Source: Candidatus Gottesmanbacteria bacterium
GTDB taxonomy: Bacteria; Patescibacteriota; Microgenomatia; UBA10105; UBA927
Direction: 5' to 3'
Assembly: GCA_963701185.1 (NCBI GenBank)
Contig: OY969569.1
Coordinates: forward strand, 667,548-731,547
DNA length: 64,000 bases
Shown here piece after piece: positions 31,632 through 42,607 of this stretch. The position numbers and the translations under genes were made by a program. Position 1 is the stretch's first letter; each line of letters opens with the position of its first letter. The notes under the pieces are model-generated. The model saw only the letters and a list, made by a program, of their open reading frames with translations, was not told the origin of the DNA and did not search any database.

Positions 31632-32522
31632 TTATGCCTTAGCCGTTACGATCATAATATCAAGAGGAAGTGGAAACTGAAGATACGACAAAGGAGTGAT
31701 ACGGAATACTTTTTCGGCCCATACGCATAACCCCTTCGACCATGGGTGACCAACAACATGCATGACTCCACGGAAAAGAAAATGTATCGGGTACCAGCGC
31801 GTTTCGTCGCCCACAGAGCGGATATGATGAAATCCTGCTTTTTTCAAAAGCAACGTCATTGTCTCACGGGAAAAAAAGTACAGATGCTCCTGATGACGGT
31901 AATTACGCCAATGCTTTCCCAAAAGATGTTGCAGATACCCTCCCTCCCGCGGTGTTGAGAAAAGTATAACCCCGCCGGGTTTTATCACGCGGTGAATCTC
32001 GCGCAGGAACGCCAACGGGTCGGAAACGTGTTCGATAAGATGAAATCCTACCACGCCGTCGAAAGAATGCGACGGAAATTTCGCCCGAAATAGGTCTGTT
32101 GCGCGGGCATTGAGCCCCTGATTCTTCGCATACGCAACAGCCTCCCACGAGATATCGATGCCTATGCAGTCCAGATGTGCGCGTTTCGCCTCCTCAAGAA
32201 AAAATCCATACGATGAGCCGATTTCCAACACTTTCTTGCCGAGGAGAATCGTCCGTAAGAATGTAATTTTCCGCCTGAAATATGACAAAAGCAGTGGTTT
32301 CTCGGCCATATAGTCGTAATACCCCACGGATGACGCCGTTCGTGTTTTATCCGACGCAAAATAATTCTTGTTATACATCAGGGTAAGCTCATGATCCGTG
32401 GGCTGCGGATTAACATAGACAAGTCCGCAGCCGGCACAGCGGACAATCCGATGATGCGGCAGATTAAGATAAACCGTGTACGTGTCGTGTCCGCACAAGG
32501 GGCACACCATGTCGTTTTTCAT
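31632..32522 (-). CDS. class I SAM-dependent methyltransferase with N-terminal zinc-ribbon
   Basis: CPLCGHD...CAGCG zinc ribbon, then VLEIGSSYG (motif I) and IKPGGVILFSTP (post-II). Full-length counterpart of the disrupted gene at 29721..30576. Confidence 0.7.
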   Translation of the reverse strand: MKNDMVCPLCGHDTYTVYLNLPHHRIVRCAGCGLVYVNPQPTDHELTLMYNKNYFASDKTRTASSVGYYDYMAEKPLLLSYFRRKITFLRTILLGKKVLEIGSSYGFFLEEAKRAHLDCIGIDISWEAVAYAKNQGLNARATDLFRAKFPSHSFDGVVGFHLIEHVSDPLAFLREIHRVIKPGGVILFSTPREGGYLQHLLGKHWRNYRHQEHLYFFSRETMTLLLKKAGFHHIRSVGDETRWYPIHFLFRGVMHVVGHPWSKGLCVWAEKVFRITPLSYLQFPLPLDIMIVTAKA

Positions 32523-33751
32523 TCTTTAACCCTGTAGATCACGATACGCGGATTGTTATATACCGGTTGCAAAAATGGGTACACAGAATCAAGCGCACGA
32601 ATATGTGCCACTTCAGCCTCCTGGGGACCGAAGTACACGTACGATATTCCCGCGCCATGAATCCATCGTAGGGCAACATCCGGCTCCATAGTTCCCGCAA
32701 AAAAGGATTCCACGAGAGGTTTTTTCTCTTCATATTTCACGGTATTTGCGTGGCCGTAGTAGACCGTATTGCCGGCATACACCGGAATATAATTCCCGGT
32801 TGTTTGCATAGACAATACAACACTACTGCGGGGTGTTGTCGCTCCCAAAAAGGTCATCCCGGCGACAAAATCTTTCAGCGGGTACATCACATAACTGCCC
32901 GACGGCACGAGCGGAAGCGTTGCTACTATCTTGTGATCGACAAAATCACGTTGCCATAACCATGATGAATACATAATGCCCAAACCGACAACAATGACGA
33001 CGACTGCTATTGTTTTTGCTATAGCTTTTCCTACGTTACTTACGTCATTTAAGATACTTAGAAGATAAGCCGTCAGTATTGCCAATGGGACGTGCGGAAG
33101 CGTTTCCGCAAACCGGAGCGGATGCTGCTGCGGAATAAAATGAAATCCGATAAATATGGTAAAGAATGCAAGAATCCACGCCATTGCACTTTTAAGAGCC
33201 GTTTCTTTTTTGAAAAGTGCTACCACTAACCCGATAAGTCCCAACGGAAGTATCGGGCCGATAGCAAGAATATATTCCCACAGGTTAAAGGCAAGAGGGT
33301 TAAGGACATCAAATTCAACGAGCCGTTTCCAGGGATATATTGTGAGCATGAGGAAAAAATAAAGGACTGCCGGGATACTGATAACTCCGATAACCACCCG
33401 CGGCCAAAAAATCCGGTCAAATAGCCAAAGATACGCGCATGCCACAGCAACAACGGCCAGCCCCGGCGGATAGATGATGTACAAAAGTGACGCAAGACAT
33501 CCCAAAAAAATCCAGTTTCCCGACCGCGCAAGTGTTTTACGGCTTGACACCGCAATAATCAAAAAAATCATGAGAGCCTGACCGATAAGAATATGGGGAA
33601 TAAACGTAATCCGCTGGAGTGAATCCATGACTGAAAACCACGGCATGTACCCGCCCAATCGCCATCCGTCAAACGCCAAAACCAGTTTCGGCCATGTTGA
33701 GGCAGTCACGGCAAGTAAAAATCCGATGATCAGCCACCCTGCGGACGTCAA
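32519..33751 (-). CDS. polytopic membrane protein, GT-C-like paralog family member
   Basis: Multi-TM. C-terminal ...GISYVYFGPQEAEVAHIRALDSVYPFLQPVYNNPRIVIYRVKE motif. Confidence 0.5.
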   Translation of the reverse strand: MTSAGWLIIGFLLAVTASTWPKLVLAFDGWRLGGYMPWFSVMDSLQRITFIPHILIGQALMIFLIIAVSSRKTLARSGNWIFLGCLASLLYIIYPPGLAVVAVACAYLWLFDRIFWPRVVIGVISIPAVLYFFLMLTIYPWKRLVEFDVLNPLAFNLWEYILAIGPILPLGLIGLVVALFKKETALKSAMAWILAFFTIFIGFHFIPQQHPLRFAETLPHVPLAILTAYLLSILNDVSNVGKAIAKTIAVVVIVVGLGIMYSSWLWQRDFVDHKIVATLPLVPSGSYVMYPLKDFVAGMTFLGATTPRSSVVLSMQTTGNYIPVYAGNTVYYGHANTVKYEEKKPLVESFFAGTMEPDVALRWIHGAGISYVYFGPQEAEVAHIRALDSVYPFLQPVYNNPRIVIYRVKE

Positions 33752-33856
33752 TTTCTCAAGCGTTTCGCGGACAAATCCGCAATAAGCGCAAAAAGTGTCC
33801 CCGCGAAAACGATTCGTGCAACGTGATAAGTGTCACCCGCCGGTGCCACGGAACAG

Positions 33857-35506
33857 TCAAAAAATCCCCCACCCACCCCATAGCAAGATACACAATTTGA
33901 AACAGGGACCCCTATGCGGTTCTGAGGTATATTTTTCCTGAACCAAAGGAGTGCCCTCTATCCCCTGGCGTATCCGCGAAAGGTAAAAGTTATAGTCCGT
34001 ATAAAAATTGTGCACCAACTCAAATTGACGGTCGGGGTGCAGGTCGTTTTTACGCAGAAGCTCGTACCCCGTCGGCACGAGGGAAAACAGGACAAAAAAC
34101 GTGATCAGTGCTCCCCACACCCATTTTATTTTCATAGTTTTTTCAACAATCTCCCGCCGAATCCTGAAACGGGAGCATAATGCGCTTTGATATAGGCGGA
34201 ATTATCCGCCGTAAACGTGATAAACCTATTGCTGTCTCCCTCATAAATATACTCTATGGGGGGCTCCGTATGATACTGGGACAGCGGTGCGGGTCGACGA
34301 CTCACAAAGGATAAAAATGCGTCAAACGGCAGGCTGGAAACCGGGTACCCGTCCCGCCAAAACACCATCCTGCCTTCAAGGTCCACAACCCGCGCACTCA
34401 GTGGAATTGTCTTTATCATGATCGAAAGCTCCGTCATCTGGGGTCTATTTGTCGCCCATAATTTCGGCGCATTCACGTCTCGGGTTACCACGATCAAAAG
34501 ATACGTACATCCGGCAAGAACCAACACCAATGATGCCCACCCGCCCGCGCGTTCAAGCCAGTCAAAAAAGCTTGCCAATGCTCGAACCCGCGTAATAGGC
34601 GACAAAGACGGCAATCGGGATAAGGTATTGGCTGTGTTTCAAAGGATAAAATTTAACATATGCGATGGCACTCACAAAAAATATCCCGCTGATAAGAAGT
34701 TCAACGAGCGCCTTTTTCTTATCCCCCTCCCGAAATGGCGTGACAATCCGATACGCTCCGAATAGTACTCCCAATATCCAGATTGCGTGGTTTACCAGTA
34801 ACCCTAGCGTTATTCCGTTTCCGCCGTAAAAATCGGCATTCGGGTAAAAAAATAAACTGGGAATCATAGGGTAATTGACCGAGGTTTTATAAACTTCAAA
34901 AAGCGGTGTAAGCGAATACCACACAACGCCGAAGTTGCCGGATATCCCCGCCCCGAGGAAAAAGAAAAACCAGGGAACGATAACGGGCAAGACAAACACA
35001 CGGAGTTTCTTTGAAAACGCGGCAATGATGGTTCCGACCAGGACAAACGGCAGGGTTTTTACTAAAACAAAAAGAGAAAGGCCGTACGCCAACCCCGAGA
35101 CCGCCCACAGCCAGTTTTTTTTCTCCCTAATCGCCCTAATCTCCCCTATTACCCCTACCAGCGCCAGCAGTGTCGCGAGGTTATCCGGCCGGATTTCCAG
35201 AAATTTATCGTATGGCATCGGCAAAAAAGCCAGAATGACGGCCGGCAGAAGCGCCCACTTCCACCCTCTTGTTATTCCCCATAAGTAACTTAAGGCACCT
35301 AAAATACTTAAGAAAATAACAAACGAAAGCATACGCCCCGCCGTAAATACCTGCACGCTCACCCCATATATCCAAAAGATCGGCGCAAATACCCACATGA
35401 ATCCCGGGGTAAAGTACGAGAAAAAATCCGTATACATGTGCTCTCCCCGTGCCACCTGTGCCGTCCAGTGCATGTAGGAAAATTCATCAACGTCAAAAAA
35501 CCGCAT
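33857..35506 (-). pseudogene. membrane protein (GT-C-like) apparently broken into three overlapping ORFs by frameshifts
   Basis: ORFs 34562..35506 (multi-TM), 34132..34614 and 33857..34135 lie head-to-tail on the same strand. They overlap by 53 nt and 4 nt in different frames. The middle piece carries IEYIYEGDSNRFITF resembling the family C-terminal motif. Confidence 0.35.
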
Positions 35507-36074
35507 ACTACTTACCCGCCAACTCCACCACAGGAGGTAGACCAGTAGTCGCTAAAAGAAGTTTTCTTACGACACGCATAGATCCCATTGTAGCAAATCA
35601 CGGAAAGAGTCTGCGAAATATACCAATGACACCTTCACGAAAGGTAAAATAGGATGTTTTTCCGAGCATAAATGTACCCTGATTTTTCATGATCTCTCCC
35701 GAATACAAAAGCCGTGCGATGCGCCGCCAAACAATGTGTGATGTGCTGAAGGTCTTTGCAAATCCGTCACAGTATCCGCCTCCCGAACGTGCAATATCCG
35801 TAAAGATCCGTAATGTCACGGAGGCCTCCATGTTACTAAATGGCCCAAGGACAAAGAGACCAGTAAGAAGTCCATAGAGGCTTGCCCACCAGATATACTC
35901 AGTAATACCCCAGGAGCCCGCGCTGACGCTGCTACACCCGCCCGATACCCACAAAAATCCGAATCATCCAGACAATAGCTGCTTCCTGACGGGTCATGCG
36001 GAATGCGACAGCAAGAGCCGCAAGAAAAAGGAAAAATGACAAAAGTGCAGCCGATAGTATACGTATATCCATAG

Positions 36075-36542
36075 TTATCGCGTAAGTGTCCGATGAAATA
36101 CCCATCTGTATATTTCCATAATCCTCCAGAGTACTTTTCCCCGCCGGGTAAGCGTGAGCATACCTTCACGACGCGTCACCATGGCGCTTTGGATAAGATC
36201 ATCCAGACGTTCACGTATAAGCCCCTTGTTTGTAAACAGTGCGGCTAACTCATTCAATGTCTGATGTTTTTTTCTTTGAAATGATTGCAAAATAATCGAT
36301 GAAGGAATTTCAGTTCCCAGAGAGATCGCAAGATAAAACAAGATGACGGTAGCGGATAACAGAATATAAAGGAAACCGGACGACCATGGGAGGGCAATAC
36401 TGCCCATCCTGCCAAACCCGTACAACAGCACGGCGCCCGCAAGATACACTCCTATCGATCGTAACCGGATAATTCTGTGTGCGACGATATGCAGGATGAG
36501 TGAAAACGAAAAACACAAAAGAACGATAAAAAATGATGCCAT
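36075..36542 (-). CDS. small membrane protein (4 TM) of unknown function
   Basis: 155-aa ORF with hydrophobic N-terminal two-thirds. Located between two large membrane-protein genes. Confidence 0.35.
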   Translation of the reverse strand: MASFFIVLLCFSFSLILHIVAHRIIRLRSIGVYLAGAVLLYGFGRMGSIALPWSSGFLYILLSATVILFYLAISLGTEIPSSIILQSFQRKKHQTLNELAALFTNKGLIRERLDDLIQSAMVTRREGMLTLTRRGKVLWRIMEIYRWVFHRTLTR

Positions 36543-36544
36543 AG

Positions 36545-38152
36545 TTATTGCACCTGATATATGATTGTCCCGCCTTTATTGTAGCGCGCCGTCAGGAAGG
36601 GATAATCCAGGGTTTGCTTTCCTGCTGCAAACATCTGTTCCTGCTCGGCATACACAACATACGATATACGTTCCCGCGTAAGAAAAGCCTTCGCATCGCT
36701 CTCTGACATTTCCCCGCTGTAAAATGCCGCGATGGACCGTTCCGTATTTTGTATGGTCGGGGGCTCAACAAGTCGGTACCACCAAGTTACGTAGGGGTGA
36801 TTACCTGAAAAAGCTGCGATGAGGGTGCCGGCGTAATATCCCGATAACACAACATCACTGGGCTTTGTATTGCGCTGAAGCCAAAAAACCCCATCCATGA
36901 CCGTTTTTTTCGGATACGCAAAATCAAAAAATTGCTCAAAACAGAAACACAGATGTTCACCCTTCCATACTGAAACATACGTGCCAATACTGGTGGAAAG
37001 AAGAACAGCTAAAACAGATACACATATCCATTTTTTTGCCCCGCGGGCAATGGTTGTTACACCAACCGCAGCAAGTATTCCGAACGCTACATAATATGGG
37101 GTGAGAAAATATCGGATGGCATTAATGTGCAGGAGCGGCGATAGAATAAACTCCCCGACCGGATGCATCACAAGCCATGTCCCCAACAACATGAGCAGTG
37201 GTTTTCCCTTCCGAATGACTGACGGCATGGCAAAAAATGATACAAGATACAGGATACCGACTGCGACAATATACTCAATCGGTGTGACGTGAAACGGATT
37301 GAGCTGTTCCATTCGTGCGGGTCTCATATCGCTCCACACAGTGGTCGATACGTAGTGTACGTAGAGTATGGGTGCGATGGTCACGGCTGCATAGGAAAAC
37401 AGTATTCCCGCCTTGATCATATCTATCCGCAGCCGCTTTGTCCGAAGATACGCCGATATGCTGTCAAACACCATGTACAACGGAAAACCTGATACGAAAA
37501 GTACGCTATCAGGCGCATACAGAAGGGACGCGGCTATGCCAAAAAGAAGTGAGAACAAAAACCCGCCCATTCTTTGTGGGTTTTCCAGCGTACGTGAAAG
37601 AAAAAGGAGTGAAAGGAGAACTGCTCCCGCGCCCAACACATAATGAGGCATCGCTTGAGTCAGCCGCTGGAATACCTGCGCATCATACATTCCGCTGGTA
37701 ACAATCCTGTTTGGTATACCTGGTAGAGTCATACCCGCCCCAAATATCACGAAGATAAAACTGATGATCCGTTGCCAGCGTTCCCGAAAAACACTGCGGA
37801 TTACCAAATATATGACTGCAAGAACACACAGAGAGATTATAAATCTGCTGATTATGAACATGGGGAGTGGGAAAATGTTGAACGCCCTCCCCAGAATCCC
37901 GATAAGCGTATATTCCATTTTTACTATGGACGGATGACCTCCGAGCGTCGTGCTGTAGTTAACAGAAGGAAGGAGATTCCCATGATACCCCTGCTGGATA
38001 TATGCAAGGTCTCCCAGCATATCAATGGGATACTCCAACTGCCCGAAATAAAATCTATCCGGCGGTGCCGCCTGAAAGTTCTGTACGATGGGAGCATACG
38101 AAAAAAACAGCAGGAGAACGGTAGCAAGGACAATAAATATATGCGTTTTCAT
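36545..38152 (-). CDS. large polytopic membrane protein, GT-C-like paralog family member
   Basis: Start taken at MKTHIFIVLATVLLLFF (ATG 38152) inside ORF 36545..38548. C-terminal ...ERISYVVYAEQEQMFAAGKQTLDYPFLTARYNKGGTIIYQVQ motif. Confidence 0.55.
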   Translation of the reverse strand: MKTHIFIVLATVLLLFFSYAPIVQNFQAAPPDRFYFGQLEYPIDMLGDLAYIQQGYHGNLLPSVNYSTTLGGHPSIVKMEYTLIGILGRAFNIFPLPMFIISRFIISLCVLAVIYLVIRSVFRERWQRIISFIFVIFGAGMTLPGIPNRIVTSGMYDAQVFQRLTQAMPHYVLGAGAVLLSLLFLSRTLENPQRMGGFLFSLLFGIAASLLYAPDSVLFVSGFPLYMVFDSISAYLRTKRLRIDMIKAGILFSYAAVTIAPILYVHYVSTTVWSDMRPARMEQLNPFHVTPIEYIVAVGILYLVSFFAMPSVIRKGKPLLMLLGTWLVMHPVGEFILSPLLHINAIRYFLTPYYVAFGILAAVGVTTIARGAKKWICVSVLAVLLSTSIGTYVSVWKGEHLCFCFEQFFDFAYPKKTVMDGVFWLQRNTKPSDVVLSGYYAGTLIAAFSGNHPYVTWWYRLVEPPTIQNTERSIAAFYSGEMSESDAKAFLTRERISYVVYAEQEQMFAAGKQTLDYPFLTARYNKGGTIIYQVQ

Positions 38153-38349
38153 TATATGGAGATGATTGCGGGGGTATGGTGTATGTATTGCTTTTGGTGA
38201 TGTACGAGCAAGTTGTTCCGCAGCCTCTTCTCTACGGCCGTTGTGTATATACGTGTCGATAAACTCCTGGCGGATAGTTTCTTTGGAAACGGGTTGGGTA
38301 CGGGTATTCATATACCTCGAAAGGAAAACGGACAGTGACCGGTCTCCTG

Positions 38350-38649
38350 TCACGGAACGTGGGTGAAAAAAATAAGGTTCACGCTCCACACCAACAGGGC
38401 GCTGATGATGATATCGCGTACGGTCCATATACGAAGACGGCGTTTCAACCACACCAAAAATATAGCCAGAACGCCCGAAGCAAGTGAGAAGAGTGATACC
38501 ACGGTAAAAAAATACGAGATGAGAAAATAAAAGACTATAAAAGGACAAAGAAAGACTGCCGTTGCGATCACGAAAAAACCCGCATGTAATAAAAGGATTC
38601 TTATGACTGTTTTATCCATACAATAACTCCTCTCACTACCTGATAACAC
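38350..38649 (-). CDS. small membrane protein (GtrA-like size and topology)
   Basis: 99 aa, three to four hydrophobic helices. The position next to the large membrane proteins is reminiscent of GtrA-family partners, but there is no diagnostic motif. Confidence 0.3.
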   Translation of the reverse strand: MLSGSERSYCMDKTVIRILLLHAGFFVIATAVFLCPFIVFYFLISYFFTVVSLFSLASGVLAIFLVWLKRRLRIWTVRDIIISALLVWSVNLIFFTHVP

Positions 38650-38689
38650 AACCAGTACGATACCACGATTAGAAACGGCACGGCAGGCA

Positions 38690-39768
38690 TCATAAGCCGC
38701 CCGTAGTCATTGTACGATAGATACACGGCGTGATAACGTAATACAATCCGACAAAAGAAAAAAGCGCCAGGCTCACGTTGTAGAGAGATTTTTTCTTCCA
38801 CGCGCGGTAGGTAAAGACCGGCAAAGCGGCAAACAAGAGCACATATCCCATCCGCAGATAACGGCTAACATATTTTAAGAAACTAAAAAAAAATGTGAGG
38901 AAAGGCTGTGTTGCTGGAATGTATTCACTATCTCCAAATGTGAGCATGGCAACGGGAATATCCCCTGCCGATCGCAGCACATATGGGCCAATATTGCGTC
39001 CGAGGACGTCCATAACAAATTGGTGCGCGGGTTGGGCAAACTTCGCATCATACATCTGCGGGTTTTCACGATAAACCACCCATGGATCAGTCTGATTACC
39101 GCGGATGTATGGCGCGACGATGTCTTTGATTGCCCCGTCCTTTACCTGTTGAACAGGCAACCTATATTGTAGAATTTTACCCAACAAATTGATGTCGCTG
39201 ATTCTTGAAATCCCGGGATACGAAAAATACCGTACGTTCATCCCGCTATACGTCACAAAAACACCGGTGTAGAGGATCAGGGTCACGACCGCCCACACCA
39301 CAACCGCGCGTTTGCATACGTACCATACAAGAAAACAGATAAACAGAAATGGCAGAAGGATTGTGCTGGGACGCAAAAAAACTCCCGCAATAAACAATGT
39401 GGTAAGTCCTATCCCCTTCCCGATATGCCAATGATGCATCGCGCTGACTTCAAAAATACCGTTGCGACAAGCCACAAAAGGGAAAGCGTTTCCGTAAGCA
39501 AAATACCTTCATACACCAAGATGGACCAATTGCACGCGAAGAGGAATGAAAAAATCCATGCTGGTTTTCTTTTAAAACCAATGGTAAGAAGTAATAAATA
39601 AAATAGCAAAACTGTGACGGCCCCAGCAACTGACTGAACAATCCGGAGAAAGATAAATTCAAGTATAACGTGCCTGTAATAGGTATTAGGGAGCGGTTTC
39701 CCCTCCAGGATAAATGGCAGAGAGAGAAACACAGGGTATCCAGGTGTGAGACAGGGGTCAATGAGCAC
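38690..39768 (-). pseudogene. membrane protein split into two overlapping ORFs (probable frameshift)
   Basis: ORFs 39409..39768 and 38690..39475 overlap by 67 nt in different frames on the same strand. Both are highly hydrophobic. Confidence 0.35.
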
Positions 39769-39899
39769 ATGGGTAGTGATATCTTCAGGGCAGTAGAGTA
39801 GTAATTTGCAGTATAGCAGTTGATATATATGTGAGTGATAAGTTATAAAATGAAATAAGGATAAAGAAGGAAAAAAGAAGAAAAGATAAAAGAAAGAAT

Positions 39900-40403
39900 T
39901 CAGATCATTTTATACAACGTGACTTCACCCACGTATCCGCCCCGGTACAAAAACGCCTCGGGAAGCAGGCCGCACTCAATAAATCCGAATTTTTTGTAGA
40001 GCGCAAGGGCGGCCGTGTTATTTTCAAAACAGTGAAGCATAAGAACCCGCAGTCCCATCCGATTTCCCCCGGCAATAAGCTCGGACATGAGCCGCCTGCC
40101 TATCCCCTTCCGGCGGAATTCCTTAAGAACCGATATGCCGATTTCCCCAACGTGATGCCGGCGCAGCTTCCCCCGCCGGATCTCCCCTGATCCCGCGATA
40201 ACGCCGGAGACTTCTGCAACAAGATGTATTTTTTCTTTCTTTTTGATAAACGAAAGCGCCTCCGATACATAGCGGGATTCATGCGCCAATGTCAGCGGTT
40301 TGCCGCTAAGCAGCACAAACGTATCTTCTTCAATAAGTGAATTCGCAAACGCTAAAAGAGCACGCGTATCACCGGATTTTAGCGGCCGGATAGTCAATTC
40401 CAT
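39900..40403 (-). CDS. GNAT family N-acetyltransferase
   Basis: Start at MELTIRPLKSGD (ATG 40403). Acetyl-CoA binding motif HHVGEIGISVLKEFRRKGIGRRLM (Q/RxxGxG/A). Confidence 0.65.
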   Translation of the reverse strand: MELTIRPLKSGDTRALLAFANSLIEEDTFVLLSGKPLTLAHESRYVSEALSFIKKKEKIHLVAEVSGVIAGSGEIRRGKLRRHHVGEIGISVLKEFRRKGIGRRLMSELIAGGNRMGLRVLMLHCFENNTAALALYKKFGFIECGLLPEAFLYRGGYVGEVTLYKMI

Positions 40404-40428
40404 TACTGCGTAGTATACTACTCCGGAA

Positions 40429-40833
40429 ATGAAAGTTTCATCCCCTAAAAAAATCATCTTCAACAAACACGGGGTACCGGTCATCGGGTATTTAACTGCG
40501 CCGACAGATAGTGAAATCCCCTTCCATATCCGGCGTGTATTCTGGACCTATTTTACTCCGGAGCGGATTACCCGCGGACGGCACGCGCATAAAAAAACGT
40601 CGATTATTATTATCGCCCTCACCGGAAAAATTACCGTCAATACGGAGATGCCCGACGGCACGAAAAAAACATTTATCCTGGATAAACCCAATGTCGGGCT
40701 TCTTATTCCTCCCATGGTGTGGCACATCCAGCGCTACTCCCATACGGCTATCCAGCTGGCACTGGCCTCCCACCCCTATAACGAAAAAGAATATATCAGG
40801 GATTATAAAACGTTTAAACAATGGAATCATTGA
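40429..40833 (+). CDS. WxcM/FdtA-like cupin (dTDP-4-keto-6-deoxyhexose 3,4-ketoisomerase family)
   Basis: 134 aa. PFHIRRVFW..RGRHAHKK...PPMVWH pattern typical of the FdtA/WxcM C-terminal cupin domain. Confidence 0.55.
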   Translation: MKVSSPKKIIFNKHGVPVIGYLTAPTDSEIPFHIRRVFWTYFTPERITRGRHAHKKTSIIIIALTGKITVNTEMPDGTKKTFILDKPNVGLLIPPMVWHIQRYSHTAIQLALASHPYNEKEYIRDYKTFKQWNH

Positions 40834-41507
40834 CGTTTATCATTCCCGCATACAATGACGAGGAGACGATTGAAACGGTCGTCAAAAAAACCGTTGATGT
40901 CGGTAAAAAACTTCAAATTCCTTTTGATATTCTGATTATTAATGATGCGAGTTTCGATTCCACTGGTGTAATACTGAAAAAATTATCTAAAAAATATGCC
41001 AACCTGCATATCATCACCCACGCCAAAAATGCAGGCTACGGCCGGACGATCAAGGAATTGTACCGGAAAGCTGCATCCGCGTGGCTCTTTTCCATACCGG
41101 GAGATTATCAGATAGAACCAGGTGAAGTTCTGAAGCTTTGGTCTCACCGGGGAGAAGCGGATATGATCATCGGATGGCGCAGGGCCCGCCACGATTCCAC
41201 GGTGCGGCTGTTCCAATCAGATATCTATAACCAACTTCTGCATCTGTTATTCGGAGTTTCCGTCCATGATGCAAACTCCGTCCGGCTTATGAAAACATCC
41301 GTCATGAAGTCTGTCCGTCTTACGACTTCGTCGGCATTCGTGGATGCGGAGCTTGTCATCCGGTCAACGCGTGCCGGATTCCGGGTTATGGAAATTCCCA
41401 TTGCGCACCGTGCGCGCCCCGGCGGTAGCGGCGAGGGCGGCGGCGGCAGTCTAACGACAATTTTGCCGACCATCCGTGATATGATCATCTGCTTATTAAA
41501 ACCATGA
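40821..41507 (+). CDS. family 2 glycosyltransferase (polyprenyl-phosphate sugar synthase-like, soluble GT-A)
   Basis: LTFIIPAYNDEETIE...IINDASFDST...DY motifs. Confidence 0.7.
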   Translation: MESLTFIIPAYNDEETIETVVKKTVDVGKKLQIPFDILIINDASFDSTGVILKKLSKKYANLHIITHAKNAGYGRTIKELYRKAASAWLFSIPGDYQIEPGEVLKLWSHRGEADMIIGWRRARHDSTVRLFQSDIYNQLLHLLFGVSVHDANSVRLMKTSVMKSVRLTTSSAFVDAELVIRSTRAGFRVMEIPIAHRARPGGSGEGGGGSLTTILPTIRDMIICLLKP

Positions 41508-42578
41508 TTCCTATTTTCGATCTCACCCGTGAATATAAAACTATAAAAGCGGAGCTGACTGCTGCATTTACCCATACGGCAAAAAACGGCGTGTTTATTC
41601 TCGGGCAAAACGTTGCGTGCTTTGAAAAAGAATTCGCCGATTATGTCGGCGTAAAATACGCGGTCGGCCTCGCCAGCGGAACGGATGCGCTGACCCTGGG
41701 ACTCAAAGCGTTCGGCGTTGGTACGGGCGACGAGGTCATTCTTCCTGCCAACTCATACCCCAGCGCATTTGGCGTAGCGCAAAGCGGCGCGCGCATACGC
41801 CTCACGGATGTCAAAGAAGATGGTACGATGGATCCGCACTGTCTTGCAGCGTCTATCACCCGCCGGACCCGTGCCGTTATCCCCGTCCATCTGTACGGCA
41901 ATCCCGCGGATATAGGATCCATACAAAAAATAATAGGCAGGAAAAAAATTGTTGTGGTTGAAGATGCAGCGCAGGCTCACGGGACTCCATCGGCGGGATC
42001 TCAGGGAGACATCGGCTGCCTTTAGCTTTTATCCGACGAAAAACCTCGGTGCACTCGGCGATGGCGGCATGGTTGTGACAAACAGAAAAAATATTGCCGA
42101 CCGGCTTAAACGCCTGCGCATGTACGGGGAAACAAAACGGTACGAGAGTGTTGAGGTCTCCGGCGTGAGCCGGCTGGACGAACTGCAGGCGGCGTTCCTG
42201 CGGGTGAAACTGCGCCATTTGAATGCCTGGGTTACCCGGCGACGGGAAATTGCCAAACAATATATCCGGGGTTTATCCGGCGTTGGCGACATTCAATTTT
42301 TAGCAGCAGAAGGGTCTTCCTTCCATCTTTTTGTTATCCGGACAAAATATCGCGATAAACTACAACACTACCTGACCAAAAACAACATCGGCTCGGCAGT
42401 CCACTACCCCATTCCGCTTCATTTGGTCCGTGCATTTAGGACCTTGGGCTATACGAAAGGTGACTTTCCCGTATCCGAGGCACTCTCAGAGGAAGTTCTC
42501 TCGATCCCTCTGTTTCCGCTCCTTACTGATAGGGAAATTTTTCGGGTTATCCGCATCATCAGGAAATATTTCCAATAA
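41504..42578 (+). pseudogene. DegT/DnrJ/EryC1/StrS-family PLP-dependent sugar aminotransferase carrying a single frameshift
   Basis: Frame A (41504..42025) reads ...EDAAQAHGTPSAGSQGDIGCL*. Frame B (41949..42578) continues ...AAFSFYPTKNLGALGDGGMVVTN (the PLP-lysine motif). A one-nt indel near 42010-42018 separates them. Confidence 0.6.
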
Positions 42579-42607
42579 CAGGGAAGTTTTTATGATAATA
42601 TGTTTGT

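Noticed and set aside
35510-36074. Overlapping ORFs 35598..35954 and 35816..36169 plus a 46-codon TM mini-ORF starting at 36072.
   Set aside because: Mutually overlapping in different frames with no motifs. Left unannotated as uncertain, possibly a decayed gene.
40845-40856. CATTCCCGC string resembling the hairpin-repeat family.
   Set aside because: No complementary arm follows. It simply encodes IIPAY of the GT2 protein.
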